A stretch of DNA of 64,000 nucleotides, from positions 26,102,001 to 26,166,000 of the forward strand of contig JBITNC010000002.1 of the NCBI GenBank assembly GCA_050084985.1, given 5' to 3'. The position numbers and the translations under genes are program-made. How positions within the stretch are numbered: the first letter of the stretch is position 1; each line of letters begins with the position of its first letter. This DNA comes from Nageia nagi. Taxonomy: Eukaryota > Plantae > Pinophyta. The notes beneath the pieces were generated by a model, which worked only from the letters and a program-made list of their open reading frames with translations, did not search any database and had not been told where the DNA came from. Of the stretch, positions 38,230-52,700 are shown piece by piece.

Positions 38230-39995
38230 ATAAAAAATAATAAAATGTGATTTTTTGTTATGTTATTTTTATGATTAATGCTATAATAGACATGTATGCT
38301 CAGTTTGGGAACATATAAAAGTGTTGTTTACTATTTGAAAAAATGCAACAGAGAGACATAATCTCATTGATTGCAATGATTACAAGATATATTTCCTAGA
38401 TTGGGCTTCGTAAGGAAGCTAAAAATCTTTTTAAGGAAATCAATAGAGAGACACATTATCATGGAATGAAATGATCATAGGATATGCATATAATGAGCAC
38501 GATTTAAAGATTCTTAGATATTATCAAAAAATGCAAAATTAATTACTTTCACACCAAATTCAATAATCGGTTTAAGTATTTTGGTTGTATGTGTAATTTT
38601 TACAACTTTAAAATGGGGCATGTACATTTATGGAAACATAATTATATATGGGTTTTATTTGCATGTAATTATGATAACAACCCTCATAGACATATATGAA
38701 AAATGTATGAGCATTAAGACAATAAGATTTTTGTTTTAAAAGATGCATTATGAATAAAAAATTGCATACCATGTAATGATTGCAAGGTATGCAAGGAATT
38801 ATTGTAGCAAGGAATCCATCAAACTATTTGAAGAAATAGAACATATAGTCATTAACTAGATGATATTACATTTGTTAGTGTATTATTTGCATGTAGCCAT
38901 GCAGGTATAGAGAAGGAGGGCCATCAATACTTCAAATACGTTAATAATTATTATCATATTATGTCTACAATGGAAAATTATACATATATGGTTGACCTTG
39001 TTGGTTGTGTTAATCATCTAGATGAAGCAAAGGAATTATAAAAATCATCCCAATAAAACCTAATATTGTAATGTGGATTTATTTGATGATGTACCTTAAT
39101 TTTATTATATCATTATTTCCTTCAATTTAAAAAAATGGTGGAGACTACTACATTTGAAGTGAACGGTGCCTATCAGAAGGTGCATAAGGAAAATATCCTT
39201 TAACTCAAGTAAACTTAATATGGAATCAAATCCATTGATATCTAGTCTAAAAGGATTATAAAATTCAAGCATGATTCAATAAGAACAACTACGATTAACA
39301 TAGATGTACCTCAATTTTATTTTATTACAATTTATCTTTTTTTATAAAATATTATTTATAATATGGAGTCCAATGCACTTTCTATAATTTAATTTTTACA
39401 ATGGTGTGTTATGCAAAAAATGATTTGAAAGGCATTAACTTTGCACCAGTATTCATGAGAGGAGTTTGATGATCCTAACTGTTCATATAGGTATTCTAGT
39501 AATTTATCTTTGCTTCTAATAGTTGTTGTATAAAATATGATGCAATTGGATTTTGCAACACATAATGGTGATTATTGTATGCAAATGTTAAGTTTGGAAA
39601 CATACATAAGGCCTATATATTGTTTGATAAAATATAGTAGAGATACACCATCTTATGGACTAATATGATTATAGGGATCAATTTCTAACACATCCATGTG
39701 CGAAAAAAATATTCCTAACCTTAATACTTTACAAAACCTCATTCAACTAAATAAGAAATACTATATTCTATTTTTTACCTCTTAGAAATGCTTTATCTTA
39801 GAATAATAGATGAGTTCAAATGGAGAAACTAGATGAATAATCCATACCAAAAATGTCCAAACTAATAAATTCACCTTTTCTAGTGTATTTTCAGCTTGTG
39901 ACATCTCAATCTCTCTATAAGAGGATGTTAAAATCCATTGAAAAATAGTAACAAGTGGTTTCACTCATATGCCATTGTGATAAATGTTTTGTATG
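38230..39995 (+). pseudogene. PLS-class pentatricopeptide repeat (PPR) pseudogene
   Basis: INAIIDMYAQFGNI*KCCLLFEKMQQRDIISLIAMI; TTLIDIYEKC; ITFVSVLFACSHAG...EGHQYF; ENYTYMVDLVG; IPIKPNIVMW (E-region); further motifs FTFSSVFSAC at about 39870. Many stops. Confidence 0.88.
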
Positions 39996-42494
39996 CATGA
40001 GAATACAAAATAAATTATTTATTTCATATCCTAACCACCATTAAAATATCTAAAAGTTCATTTATATTTTTTAGGGCAAACTCCATCTTAGAGTATTCTA
40101 CGATGGTTTAAAATCATCGTAAAAAACATATTGTAAAAATCCTTTTATGGTGTAGTTATTTATTTGTTAATGGATTCACTTAAGTTATAATGAATTCACC
40201 TCCTCTACAACAAATTTTCCTATGATGAATTTGCCTCTATCTTAAGGAATTTGTCCATGTTGTGGATATTAATGCCTAACTAGGTGAACTTGCTTATAGT
40301 CATTTCTTTAACTAAAAATTAATTAAAATTATTTGAAAAATACATAAAAATTCAAATTAACAAAATATAAACTTATAGGTGCAAGAACATCATTAAATCT
40401 CTTTTAAAGGCGAATTTGATCATTATAATGTATGAAATCATAATCTTGAATGTTGGGATTTGTTTTCTTTTTGTATAAATAAATAAATTATTTCTAAACT
40501 CTCCCCTCTTTTATCCCCTTATCCTTCTTTATGAATTTTCTCCAATTGAGCTTTAGGGTAACCTTGTTGTAAATACCTAAATTTGATTTTTATATTTATT
40601 TAAATACCAAATTTAGGTATCTAAAATGATTTATTATTTGAATGGAATATTAATAAAGTAAATTCAAATTTCAAGAGATAAGGTTGATTCATCCAAATTA
40701 AAATTATATATTAGCTATAAATGGAAAAGCAAAAGTGAATTCAAATCATTGACCATTCTGATGATCAAACTATCATACAAATTGGTTGTAAACCCTAAAG
40801 GCTCTCAAAGATAATGAATATAAGATAAATTCATTGAATAATCATTTTGTGTATCTTTATACAAAGTCTAAAGTCATTCAATGCCTAAATAAATAATTTT
40901 AAGCCCTACCAAAGAAGTCAAACAGTAGAATTAAGTTATGAATATAATTTGATAGACCTCATAACTTTTGAAAATCTAAAAGCTTGTAGGAATTGAATTT
41001 CCATCAATCTTGATCTACTTGGAATATTACCATTAATCTTATTCCTAGGGGTTTTCAACCCTGAATAATTTATATGGTTTTGGGTCAAAGTTCCCAAGTT
41101 CGCTTCATCTTCAATTTGTCCATTTCAAATACTAATGTATGTTTTAAGTTATTATTTAATTTCCTTATTAGTTTTGGTCACTAACATATGAGAAAAGCTT
41201 AATCATCATCAAGGTTACCCCTTGCCCCCTTAAATATTCAAGGCAAGCATTAAAACCCCTTTAAAACCCTAGTTTGTATGAATCATTTAAGAGAAATTGG
41301 AAGCTTAAGAGAAATGGAAAAGCTTTTATTAGGGATTAGATAATTTCAAATAAGGTATGCAATTATTATTTTTTACATTTCATATTGAAGTATTATAGAT
41401 CTAGGACTATTATCTGCTTTACTTCAATTTGACTTAAATCTCTTATGTACCTTAAATATGAAAGCATGTCATATTGGTATATCATTTGTCATATTATATA
41501 TTTATTTTTTATTCATAGATAAAATCATATCAAGTAATTGAGAGAATTGAACTATAACGAGAACAATCCTAAACTACCAAGATCACATGAAAGCTCACAA
41601 TACACATCTAACAATCTCACAAAGTAACTCAAGATGTAAAGTGGTTCCTCCAACTAAGAGTACATCTACTAACTAGATATTTACTTCAATCACAAATACA
41701 ACTCTCTTACAAGCCTCCTACTCTTTTCTCCTAACCACTATCCTATAGCATAACTTTACTCCGTAATTGGTGTAATCACAAAGAGGAAGCATTCTATTTA
41801 TAGGCCAAAACCTCTTTTTGGGTCACCCTTTTATCCAAGGTATAAAAGTACGACATGTAAATCCTTTTGCCCAAGGGGCATGCTCATGACATGGAGTGTA
41901 GGACAAGTTACATTATCATATTCACTTAAATACTTAAGGTATCAAATGATACCCTTAAGTATTAGTGAATTTACATAGAAGATTGAATACAAACCTTTAC
42001 AATAATGCATTATACATTCCAACACTCCCCCTTAATACAATATTGGATAGAGCGAGTAAGAGAGAAGAAGAAGAGAAAGTAAGAGAGTTCTCCACCAAAT
42101 AGATACAATGGAGATGAGAACTTTTTACATGTTTGTGAAGTAAGAAAGATCTAGTTTGAGACTCACTACTTTGTCAAATACAATCATTAACCATAATTAG
42201 TTTCAATGTTTATGAAGTAATCATCCAACTAGAAGTCATGAAGAGTCTCTAAGAGCCTACATACCTGAGGTAAGTAACCTGCAATCTCAAAGGAACATGT
42301 AATTCATAAGTAACACAAATAACAAGATCAGTTAGATGCATCATATTTATGTCAACAAAGATAGATGAATCACACAAATACCATCATGAACTGATAAATG
42401 GTGCACTATAAGTCATCATGAAAATGCCATGCCAAAAACTCATCATCACCTACTGTATATAAAACATTTGTTGATTATTATTACAAAATAAAGT

Positions 42495-42760
42495 AAGCAC
42501 ATATGAGTTCCTCGCATATGGATAACTGAACAGACACATAAGAGTTCCTCACATATGGATAACTGAATAGTTTTAGATTGATCAAAAAATAAAGTATGCA
42601 CATATGAGTTTTTCACATATGGATAACTAAATAGTGCCAAAAGACACATAAGAGTTCTTCTCACATGGATAACTAAATAGTGCAAGATTGATCAATTTAT
42701 ACAATAAGCTCCTCATGCAAAGCAAACTTACCATGAAGGTGTATAATAAAATCAACACTA
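42495..42760 (-). repeat. 3'-UTR tandem motif array of copia A
   Basis: Four units of about (minus strand) AGTTATCCATATGTGAGGAACTC plus one unit GGTAAGTTTGCTTTGCATGAGGAGCTT. Confidence 0.8.
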
Positions 42761-42809
42761 TACAGTATAAAATCCTCCTAGAGGTGAAATTGTCATCACA
42801 AACATGAAT

Positions 42810-45800
42810 TCAAACTTCACTTCCCCTTGAGGGTAACTTCACCAATCTAATAGCATCCTTAAGCTTACACAATTGAACTTCTATGAGGGGCTTGGTGAAA
42901 AACTTAATGGAGTTCAAGGTGGATGGATAATACTCTAGGTGTATGATGCCATCAAGAACCTTCTCCCTAACAAAATAGGCATGGATTTCCACATATTTTA
43001 TTCTTCGATAGAACACTGGATTCTTAGCCAAAGAAATAACTAATTAATTATCTGAAGAGATCAAAGATGAGCCACCTTATTCATACCTAATTTCTTTTAG
43101 AAGATGCCTTAGCCAAATGGCTTCTTGGGTTGCAACAGACATGGCACAATATTTAGCTTCTATGGTGGAAAGAGAAATAATAGGTTGCTTCTTGAAAGCC
43201 CAAGAGATAGCACTTGAACCAATGCTAAACACATACATAGAGGTTGACTTCCTATCATCTCTATCTTCCCCATAGTTAGAATCAGAGAATCCAAAGAGAA
43301 TAGATGAGGGCAACTTGAAATACTTGAGAGCAAGATCCTTAATCCTTGCAACATACCTTAAGATTTGCTTAACATCATTAAGGTGCTTAACATATAGTTT
43401 TTGCATGAATCATGCTATCAGATTCATTACAAAGGTAATGTATAGCTTGGATATAGTCAAATATAAAAGACTACTAATTTATTACCTGTAATTTGTAGCA
43501 TCAGCTAACTGAGAGTTGGTGCTTAGAGAAATAGTGATTCTAGGAGAGATTGGGATTGTAGTATATCTAAACTCCTACATTCCAAAGATGTCTGATATAT
43601 ACTTAGATTAATTGAGGTAAGTACAATCCTTGTATTGATACACTTGCATTACAAGATAATAGTGTAAGAGACCAAGATCATTCATTTCAAATGTTACCTT
43701 AAGTTTGGATATGCACTCTTGAATGATTTCATCATTATTTTCAGTAATCAAAAGATCATCCACATAAAAGAGAATCAAGGCCATGTCTTTTTCTTGATTG
43801 AGCACATATAGATTAGAGTTAGAAAAACACTTAAAGAATCCAATGTATGTAAAGTACCCTAAAATCTTTTTGTACCAGGCTCGAGGTGCTTGCTTAAGTC
43901 CATACAAAGACTTCTTTAGCTTACACACAAAGGACTCTTTACCTTCCATAATAAACCCTTCTGGTTGATTCATGAAGATTTACACATCCAAGTCACCATT
44001 GAGAAATGTACTCTTGACATCAAGTTGAAAAAATTTTCATCTTTGAGCTATAGAAAGAGTAAAAATAACTCTCATAGTAGGCATCTTTACCATGTGAGCA
44101 AAGTTTTCCTCATAATCTACACCATATTTTTGAGTAAAACTTTTAGCTGCTAACCTTACCTTGTATTTCTCAATATCTCCAATTGAATTGAATTTAACCT
44201 TATAGATCCATTTATTACTAATCACATTCTTATCATTGGGATAAGGAACCAAGTACCAAGTTTTATTTTTCATAAGCACCTCATACTCCACTTTCATGGC
44301 TTCCATCTAGAACTCATGCTTAGAAGCTTCTTTGAAGGTTGAGGGATCATGGTTGTTGTCAATCTTAGAAATTAAGGATTTTTTCAAAGTCATGCTCCTT
44401 GTTACCCTTTGTGTTGGAGAATTTTATTCCTATGGTGACTTGTCTATATCAATATCCAACTAGCTAGGATCAACTAAAGAGTCCTCTGGATCATCAACAT
44501 TTTCATTTGAAGCAAATTCTTAAGGAAGTTCATTGAACTTTACATCCTTTGAAATGAATATTATTTTATAGGTTGAAGAGTAAAGCCTGTATCTTCTATG
44601 TTGACTGTCATAACCCATAATGATGCTTTTTTCAACTCTTTTATCCAACTTCTTTCTTTTCTTAGAAATAATGTAAGAGAAAGCTTCATAACCAAACACC
44701 CTAAGGTGAGAAATGTTAGGTTTTCTTTCTGAGCATGCCTTAAAAAGAATTTTTCTCTAAACAACTTTTATGAGAAACCTATTCAAGGTGTAAATAGTAG
44801 TGCTCATAGCTTAACCCCATAAGAATTTAGGAAGATTACCCAACATGCATCTAGCCATCTCCATAATTATTGTATTTTTTCTTTTGGCAACACCATTCTG
44901 TTAAAGAGTGTATGGAATTGTAAACTACCTCTTGATTCCATACTTAGCACAATAGTCATTGAACTCATTATTGTTATATTCTCCCCCATTATCTGATCTT
45001 AACATCTTGATTTTAAGGTTAGACTAATTTTTAACAAAGGCCTTAAAAACTTTAAAACTTTCAAAGTTTTGATCTTTGTGCTCAAGTAGATACCTAAAGG
45101 TCATCCTACTAAAGTAATCAATGAAGGTCAAGCCATAAGATTCTTCTCCAAGTGACTTAGTCTAAAATGGACTCATCAAATCTGAATGCACAAGTTGAAG
45201 AGTTTGAGATGCTCTTATTGCTTTATCTTTTTCAAACTTTTATCTATGCATGTTGCTAAGAATGCACTTTTTGCATAGACCAACTGAAAAATAAATTGAA
45301 AGCAAACCTTTCACAAGTTCATGATCTTTCATGACTTGAATACTCTTATGGTTAAGGTACCCTAAATGATGATGCCAAAGATTACCTTTAGAACACATAT
45401 TAGAAGCAAGAGATATCTTTGATGGTACTTGATCCATAATGTGAAGGTTATCTTTCACTGATCCTTTAACCAAAGTGGCAAGTCCTTTCTTAATGCACCA
45501 GAATTGAGAGTCAAACTCAAAAGTGTACCCTTTTCTAGCAACTTAGATCATAGAAAGAAGGTTCATCCTTAACTTAAGAACATAGAAAAGATTTTCAAGA
45601 ACCTTTCTATGAATTAATACATTTCTAGTTCCTTGGATTTCAAGGGTAGAGTTATCACCTATCATAATTGCATCCTTATTATACTTGTGAAAGTTCTTAA
45701 ACTTTTTCTTTTTAAAGCATAGGTGATTAGTGCAACTAGAGTCAATAATACATTCAGATGAAAAATTACGAGACATGGAGTAGAGTACCAGCATGAGTAT

Positions 45801-46745
45801 TCATCTTTCCTTTATAGTTATTTACATTTTCATTAACTTTGTACTTTTTCTCTTTTTTTTGTAACAATAAACTTCTTTGTGACCTTGAATGCCATAATAG
45901 TTACAATTGCCATTAAACTTTTCCTTAGGATAAGGAGTGTTTACTTTACCTTTTTTATCTCTTTACTTAAAATGATTATTGTTACCATTGTTCTTATTGT
46001 TGTGGTTGTTATTTCTATTGTTCCTATTGCTATTGTAGCCATTGCGTCTTTTCTCAAACCTTTTGGAGGAAGAAGGGTAAGATTTTTTTGATGGTTGAAC
46101 TTCTTCTTGAAAGGAGTTTTGGTTGCTCCAAGAGCAATGTTATTATCTTTAAGAGCAAAAATCAACCTTTTATTGTTAAAGATTTTCTTATGCTTCAATA
46201 GGTGCCTTGAAAGGTTTTCAAGGGAGATAACTTCTTCTTCATCATCAAGCTTTGTTTCCATAACTATTATAAAGTTTCCAAACTTTAAAGAGAAGCCTTG
46301 AAGAATGATGAAATCCATGAACTCATTATTGATCTAATTGCACCCATAAGCAACAAGTTAGGTCCTTAGATCAATAATTTTATTCAAGTAGATAGCCATA
46401 TTTTCATCTTCTCCTTAACGATATTGAAGCAAATTTTAGAGAATGGTAAACCTTTTTGAAAAGTTTGAACCAAAGTAGATTTTTTTTAACTTATCCCATG
46501 CTTCTTTTGCTGAGGTTGAAGAGGATATCATCAGGAGCACATCATCTAAAACTACACAATAAATCATGGAGGTTGCCAACTCATTCTTTGTGTTGTAAGC
46601 CTTTAGTACCTTCTCATCTGTAGGAGGTATAAATTTCTCATTCACTATTTGCCATAGCTTCCTTGCCTACAATTCGGCTCTCATCCAAAGTTCTCAAATT
46701 CCATAGTTGTAACCATCAAGAATGTGTTTGGGTAAAAAGGATTAT
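42810..46745 (-). pseudogene. Copia A gag-pol pseudogene
   Basis: Gag SAKEAWDKLK; PR IIDSSCTNH; GAG-pre-INT LWHHHLGYLN; RT KLKKSLYGLKQAPRAWY and LFYVDDLLIT; RH SDSNYGEDRDDRKST and AKNPVFYRRIKYVEI. Confidence 0.95.
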
Positions 46746-49700
46746 GTTATTTGCTACATAAAAATGTGAAATAATAAGCATGTGATTTCAATAATCAACA
46801 TTAAATATTAAGTTTTAACCAAGTAAATACTACATGTTACATTTAACACTAAAGATATGCTTGATTTGATTTACAAGTACAAATGTACAATTCAAATAAT
46901 ACCTATGTACCCAAATACATTTCTCATCTCAAGAATCGTAGATGTAGAGTGACAATGTTGAGGCTTATTTTTTTTTCTAAAATTAGGCCTTCACTTGGAT
47001 GCCCACACAAGAGGAGCCTAAGTACTACCAATCTTCAACTAGTTCCCCTTGGGCAGTAATATACTCTTACAAGGAGAAGTACTAGCTATTTTCAAAGGTT
47101 TCGATATTTATTGGATTAGCTAAATTATTAATCTTGATTAGGTTTCAAGTTTTCCTCTTAGGTTATCATGATAATTCTTGAATGGACATGCAAACATGTG
47201 GTATCACTACACACATTCTTGTCCACCTAATAGAGTTATGTCTAGACCAACAGAGGACTTAGGGGCAATTAAGAAGTACGAACTTTTCACCACTTGGAAC
47301 GTCAAACTTAAAGGTTCTAGTCTTCTTGTCCTCACCTCATGGCTCCCCAAACAAGTCATATTACGAAATGTACATGCAGATGTGTTCATTTTAGGGGGTT
47401 GCTCATTTCAATATTTGCATTAGCAAATAAATCAAAGTGCGAAACATGAAATAATAAAAAAAATAAGTAAAAACATCATCCACTAATAACTTAAAACCTA
47501 AGTGTCCAATGGATTTTGTTTACTAACCCTTAAAAGACATCTTTACATCATATTTTATTTTGCACAAGTCCATTCCATACTTTTGCATAAAGATAAATAC
47601 TCAACATGCATTCTTAAGTCATAAGCATGCATCTTAAAAAAAAATTTAAATCCTTGAGCATGCATTAAAAAATATTATGCTTTAAGCATTAAAAAAATGC
47701 ATTATTCACATAGCTTTAAAAATTTCAGTAAGAATGCATCATTCTAATAAATTAAGTAAGAAGCATGCACTATTTTACTTAAGGATTAAGTAGGAAGCAT
47801 GCATCAATCTATAATTTAAAAACTTAAGTAAGCATGCATTATAAGTAAAAGATTTACCATGCAAAATCTAGATAAAATTTAAGTAAGAAATTTATACAAA
47901 TTCCCTCCTTTTTACTTAAAGTTTTATCCCTAAAGATAACATACTAGCTTTACCTTAGAAATTTAACTAAGGAAATAAAACTACTTACATGCTAAAAAAT
48001 TATCTTCTAAGTATGCATTCATTCCAATATTTTTAAGTAAATACAAAATAATTACCCTTTTTACTTAAAAATACCATACCATTCCCCACCTTTTGCTTAT
48101 AAAAAAGTTTAAGGCAACAAGGAATAATAGACACTTAAAAAAAAAAATCTTTAGTAAGAAAGTGTCAAGTTTACACTAAAAATTATCATTTTTTTTAAGT
48201 AAATAGCCATACTTAGAAGTATTTATCAAAAAAATTATGCTCCTAAAAAATTATTTTTATATTTGCCATATTTCTCTAAAGAATAGGAGAGCATTTAAGA
48301 GCAGTGATGAATTTTTGACCATTTACTTACTCTAAAGTAATGTAATCATGACAATGCTTTAATTTTGGAGTATAAGTGTTTCTAAGTGCATTTAATAATG
48401 GAATGGTTTGCAAGCAAGCAAAGAATATTAAATGCCCTTCAAAAGGAGTATACATTTACTTTGAGGTTCATTTAATAGAAAAAAAATAACTTACAGACAA
48501 CAATAATAAAACTTGAATGCACCAACCAAAAAGTTAAATGAGAGCATCCTTTTTTTTTTAATTAAAAAACTCTATGCCTAACAAGGAGGGAGAGAACAAA
48601 ACAAATCAACAACAAAAATAGAATGGAGCCACACAAGAATGAAGGAAAGAAGGGTTTTGCATAGGAAGGATTGTGCACAAGCAAAGAAGAAGGGCCATGA
48701 GCTGGGAGAGTGGCGAGAAGAGCCACGCAGACGGTGGATGGTTTGGGAGGGTTAAGGGGATGCGAGTGGGTAGGGAGGTCGGTAAGAACAGACCACAGAG
48801 TGCAACAAATAGATGGTGGGTAGAGGAGAGAGATTAGGGAGGTCATAGTATGAGGGGTCAATGCGATGGAGGTAGTAGGTGATGGCTGAGGAGTAGTCAC
48901 AAGGAGTGTGAGAAGCTAGAAGTGGTGCATGCCAGGAGGATTGGAAGCTTACAAATGATGGAGGAGGCCACATGAGAGGAGGAAGCGATAGTGAGGGTGG
49001 CCATGAGGTCACGATATGATACCAATGGTAACAACACTTTTACCCTCCCAAACCAGTGGTGCAACGGTGGCAGTTAGCACGATGATGCTGAGGAGGCAAT
49101 AGGAGCCACAAGTTAACAATTTTTTTTTCTTTTTTTAGTAAACATAAAAAAGGGGCCGCCCAAATATTTAAAATATAAATATATAAAGTTTTTTTTTTTT
49201 AAAAAGTCAACCAACAAGTTTTGTAGATATTAAATTTAAAAACATAATTTAAAAAAAAAATCTCAACCAACAAGTTTTATAGATATTAAATTTGAAAACA
49301 TAATTTTCTCTCCCCCCCCCCCCCTTTTTTTTTAAAAAAATTGTATTTTACAACTAAAAAAAATTTAAACGACTCTATATATTTTGTTTAATACCATATT
49401 AATGTAAAAAATGCTCTCAAAGAGTAAACTAAATGTAAAGATAAATAAGCTTTACTAAGAAAATTGGAAGCCCCCCCTTTACAAAATTTTAAAATGGCTT
49501 AGTGAGAAAAGTGCAATTTTTAATATACTAAATGCATTTATCAATATGCTCATTAGAGGTTAGTATAAAGCAAATGCAACATATTACTATTTTAGCCATG
49601 TTTTGCAAAAAGAAATTAACTAACATATAACTCAAAATATGTTAGTATTATTAGCAAAATAAGCCAAAAATAAAAAAAAAATGAAGGACATTTTATGAAG

Positions 49701-52700
49701 GAGGTTATACCTTCTTTTAAATTTACCTCACAATGAAGAATAGGTTTAAGAATGAAGACCTTCTAGTTGAAGATGAGTCTCCAAACCAAGGATGTGAAGA
49801 GGAGCCTCTAAGATGCTCTGATACCAAATGAGAGAATTGAACTATAACAAGAACAATCATAAACTACCAAGATCACATGAATGCTCATAATACACATCTA
49901 ACAAACTCACAAATAAGACAATCTCACAAAGTAACTCAAGATGTAAAGTGGTTCCTCCAACTAGGAGTACATCCACTAACTAGATCTTTACTTCAATCAC
50001 AAATACAAATCTCTTACAATCCTTCTACTCTTTTCTCCTAACCACTATCCTATAGCATAACTTTACTCCACAATTGGTGTGTAATCACAAAGAGGGACCC
50101 TTCTATTTATAGGCCAAAATCCCTCTTTGGATCACCCTTTTATCCAATATACAAAAGCATGACATGCACATCCTTTTACGCAAGGGGCATGCTCATGAGA
50201 TAGAGTGTAGGACAAGTTACATTATCATATTCACTTAAATATTTAAAGTATCAAATGATTCCTTTAAGTATTAGTGAATTTACATAGAATATTTAATACA
50301 AACCTTTACAATAATGCATTATACATTCCAACAATAATTTATCATTACTTGATTGCATTTATTTCTATATCTTTTCTACATCAAAAGTTATCCAAACCCC
50401 TTTAGGAGGCATCCATGAGGCAAAAATTCACCTAAGTTTTTAGTTTTCTTCTCATGTCTTCAAGTGCATTTATTACATCACAAGTATACCAAATGACTTA
50501 AATAGTTAAAAAAATATACATAGTTAGAAATTATATTTGAACAAATACTAGTAACAACTTAAAAAACTCTTCTTTAGTCTACTTATATTTTATGGTGTAT
50601 ACTTCAAGTGAGCTTTATGTACAGGGTTAAATAGACTTATTATTTGACTAATGCATAATAACTACCAAATAAGAAATATTAAATAACTAAGACACCTCAT
50701 TAGTTAATAAATCCTTTTTTAGTATTTCCATATAAGTTCTTAAGTTGATATGCTTATATTCAACCAACCTTGGGAAATAGTTATAATTAATAAACTTTAA
50801 CCATGTAACTTGACCTTGTATAATCATGTATTAAATTATGAATTATCTTAGGTGAATTGACTTTCGCCCAAGTGAATTTGATTTGTTTAGATTTCCTAAA
50901 ATATGGCTATGATATGTTATTTTTATAAATATTCTACAATGTTTGACAACCTTGTAATCATTTCAAAGTTGTTTTATGTTGAGATTATTTAAAATAAACT
51001 TACCTATACCAAATTAGAAATCAAATTTCTCTCCATTATATAATGTAAAATATACAAATAAAAAAGGCTCGAATTAAGCTCAAACCTATTAAAAATAACA
51101 ATGTGGAGGATTACAAGTACACATTCTCTTCCATGCAATATTTTTGTAAAAGAAAGTAACATTATTGTGAGATGTATGTGGGACACCACTTTGATGATAT
51201 CTTTACTATTTCTCTTCTACTATGTTTTCTTCTCTCCACCGCCTTAAAAGCATATTGAAGCAAGATTTGTAGGAATTTCATTTCCTATCTAGTATCACAT
51301 TTAGGGCATTGAGCTTATCCCCATAGGGTGTCCAGAGTGCGATATGTTTCAAGCGAGATTAATCTAGTTGCAAAAGTTGAAAGTTATAAGAAATTTGAAG
51401 GTTTTTGAGATTCTACTACACAATAGCTCTTTTGAGACTTACACCATCATTTTCAAATATTGACTTATCATGATAAAATCTTATCATATTTTTTCCATCT
51501 ACACATACCTTAATTCAGTTATTATTTTTTTAAATTTTTGTAAGGTTAAAACTGCTCTTTGTAAACTTTTAACTTCCACACTATAATTGTTTGACTATGT
51601 TTCTATATTTTAAGCATAGAATCATACATGGAACTAATATCCTTTTAGGCTAAATAATTTTTAACTTCCTATTGATTTAGGTAAATTCACTGAGGTGAAT
51701 AGTAATTACTTAGGCAATGTTATGAATATATTATATTACAACTTGAATAGTTATTTTTGCTTGTCAATTTTAAATTTTATATGTTGTTCAATTATTTTTA
51801 ATCTATTTGATGTAGTAAAAATATTTTTAAAAATCTAAAAAAATTTTAAAGATGTTGTTGCAATTTACTTTTCTTATTGCAAATCTTCTTAGGTAGCTAT
51901 AAGCTACTTCTACATTGCTATCATTTTATGTTTCGATAGACAACACAAAATTACTTCAAAATTATGCATCTATATAAAAAACATTATGGGTCTTACAAAC
52001 AACCATATAGATATTTGTGGACCTTTCCTCATCCTCCTCTAACTTATGAAATTTTAATAACAAATAACAACTACAAAAAAGGGTAAGTACATGTACATAC
52101 TTTTTATCCTTTTTCAATTTTTTTCATAAAAGAGTTCTAATCTAAATAGACTCCTTACTACTAGCACCTTGTGAAGCATTATTTATATGCACAAACATCA
52201 TTCATACTATGTGAAAGCGTAAAATATAAGGTATTCTTTATAAAAATACTATAGTACAAGATAAAGGAAATAATTTTATTATTTTTCTTCTAAAAAATAA
52301 ATAAAATATAAGAAATAAATAATTAAAAATTGGAAAAGGATAAATAACAAATTTAAGAGATTAGGAGTGGGAGAAAGTATCTTGTTTATCACCCCTTACA
52401 CTTCATGTGATATTGGGATCAATGAGTGATGCTTTTGATTACTAAATTATTATGTCTCTTATTGAAATCTTAAGAAGAATTTTATAAAAGTAAGATAAAT
52501 AACATCCTCTTTTACACCTTTATGTCTTCTAGGCAATCAATTCAAGTAAAAGATTATATCATTTGATTAAGTTCAAACATCTTCATACAATTTCTGTTTA
52601 AGGTGGTTTTAATGTATAGGAAGAATAAATCAACATTTTCTCTCTTGTTGGGGAGGGCTTCAATCTACTCCTGATGATGGGAGCATTCATGAGAATTGTA

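Larger units (their letters stand above)
41539..50333 (-). mobile_element. Ty1/copia LTR retrotransposon A (full length, degenerate, about 8.8 kb)
   Basis: LTRs 41539-42024 and 49829-50333. TSD GTAAT/ATAAT (4/5). PBS TGGTATCAGAGC (minus, 49815-49826). PPT AAGGGGGAG next to 42025. About 3-kb 5' leader. Confidence 0.95.

Noticed and set aside
48562-49012. Pro/Ser/Leu-rich ORFs here and at 55231-55744
   Set aside because: They arise from CT-rich low-complexity leader tracts, are open in several frames, and show no peptide conservation between A and B.
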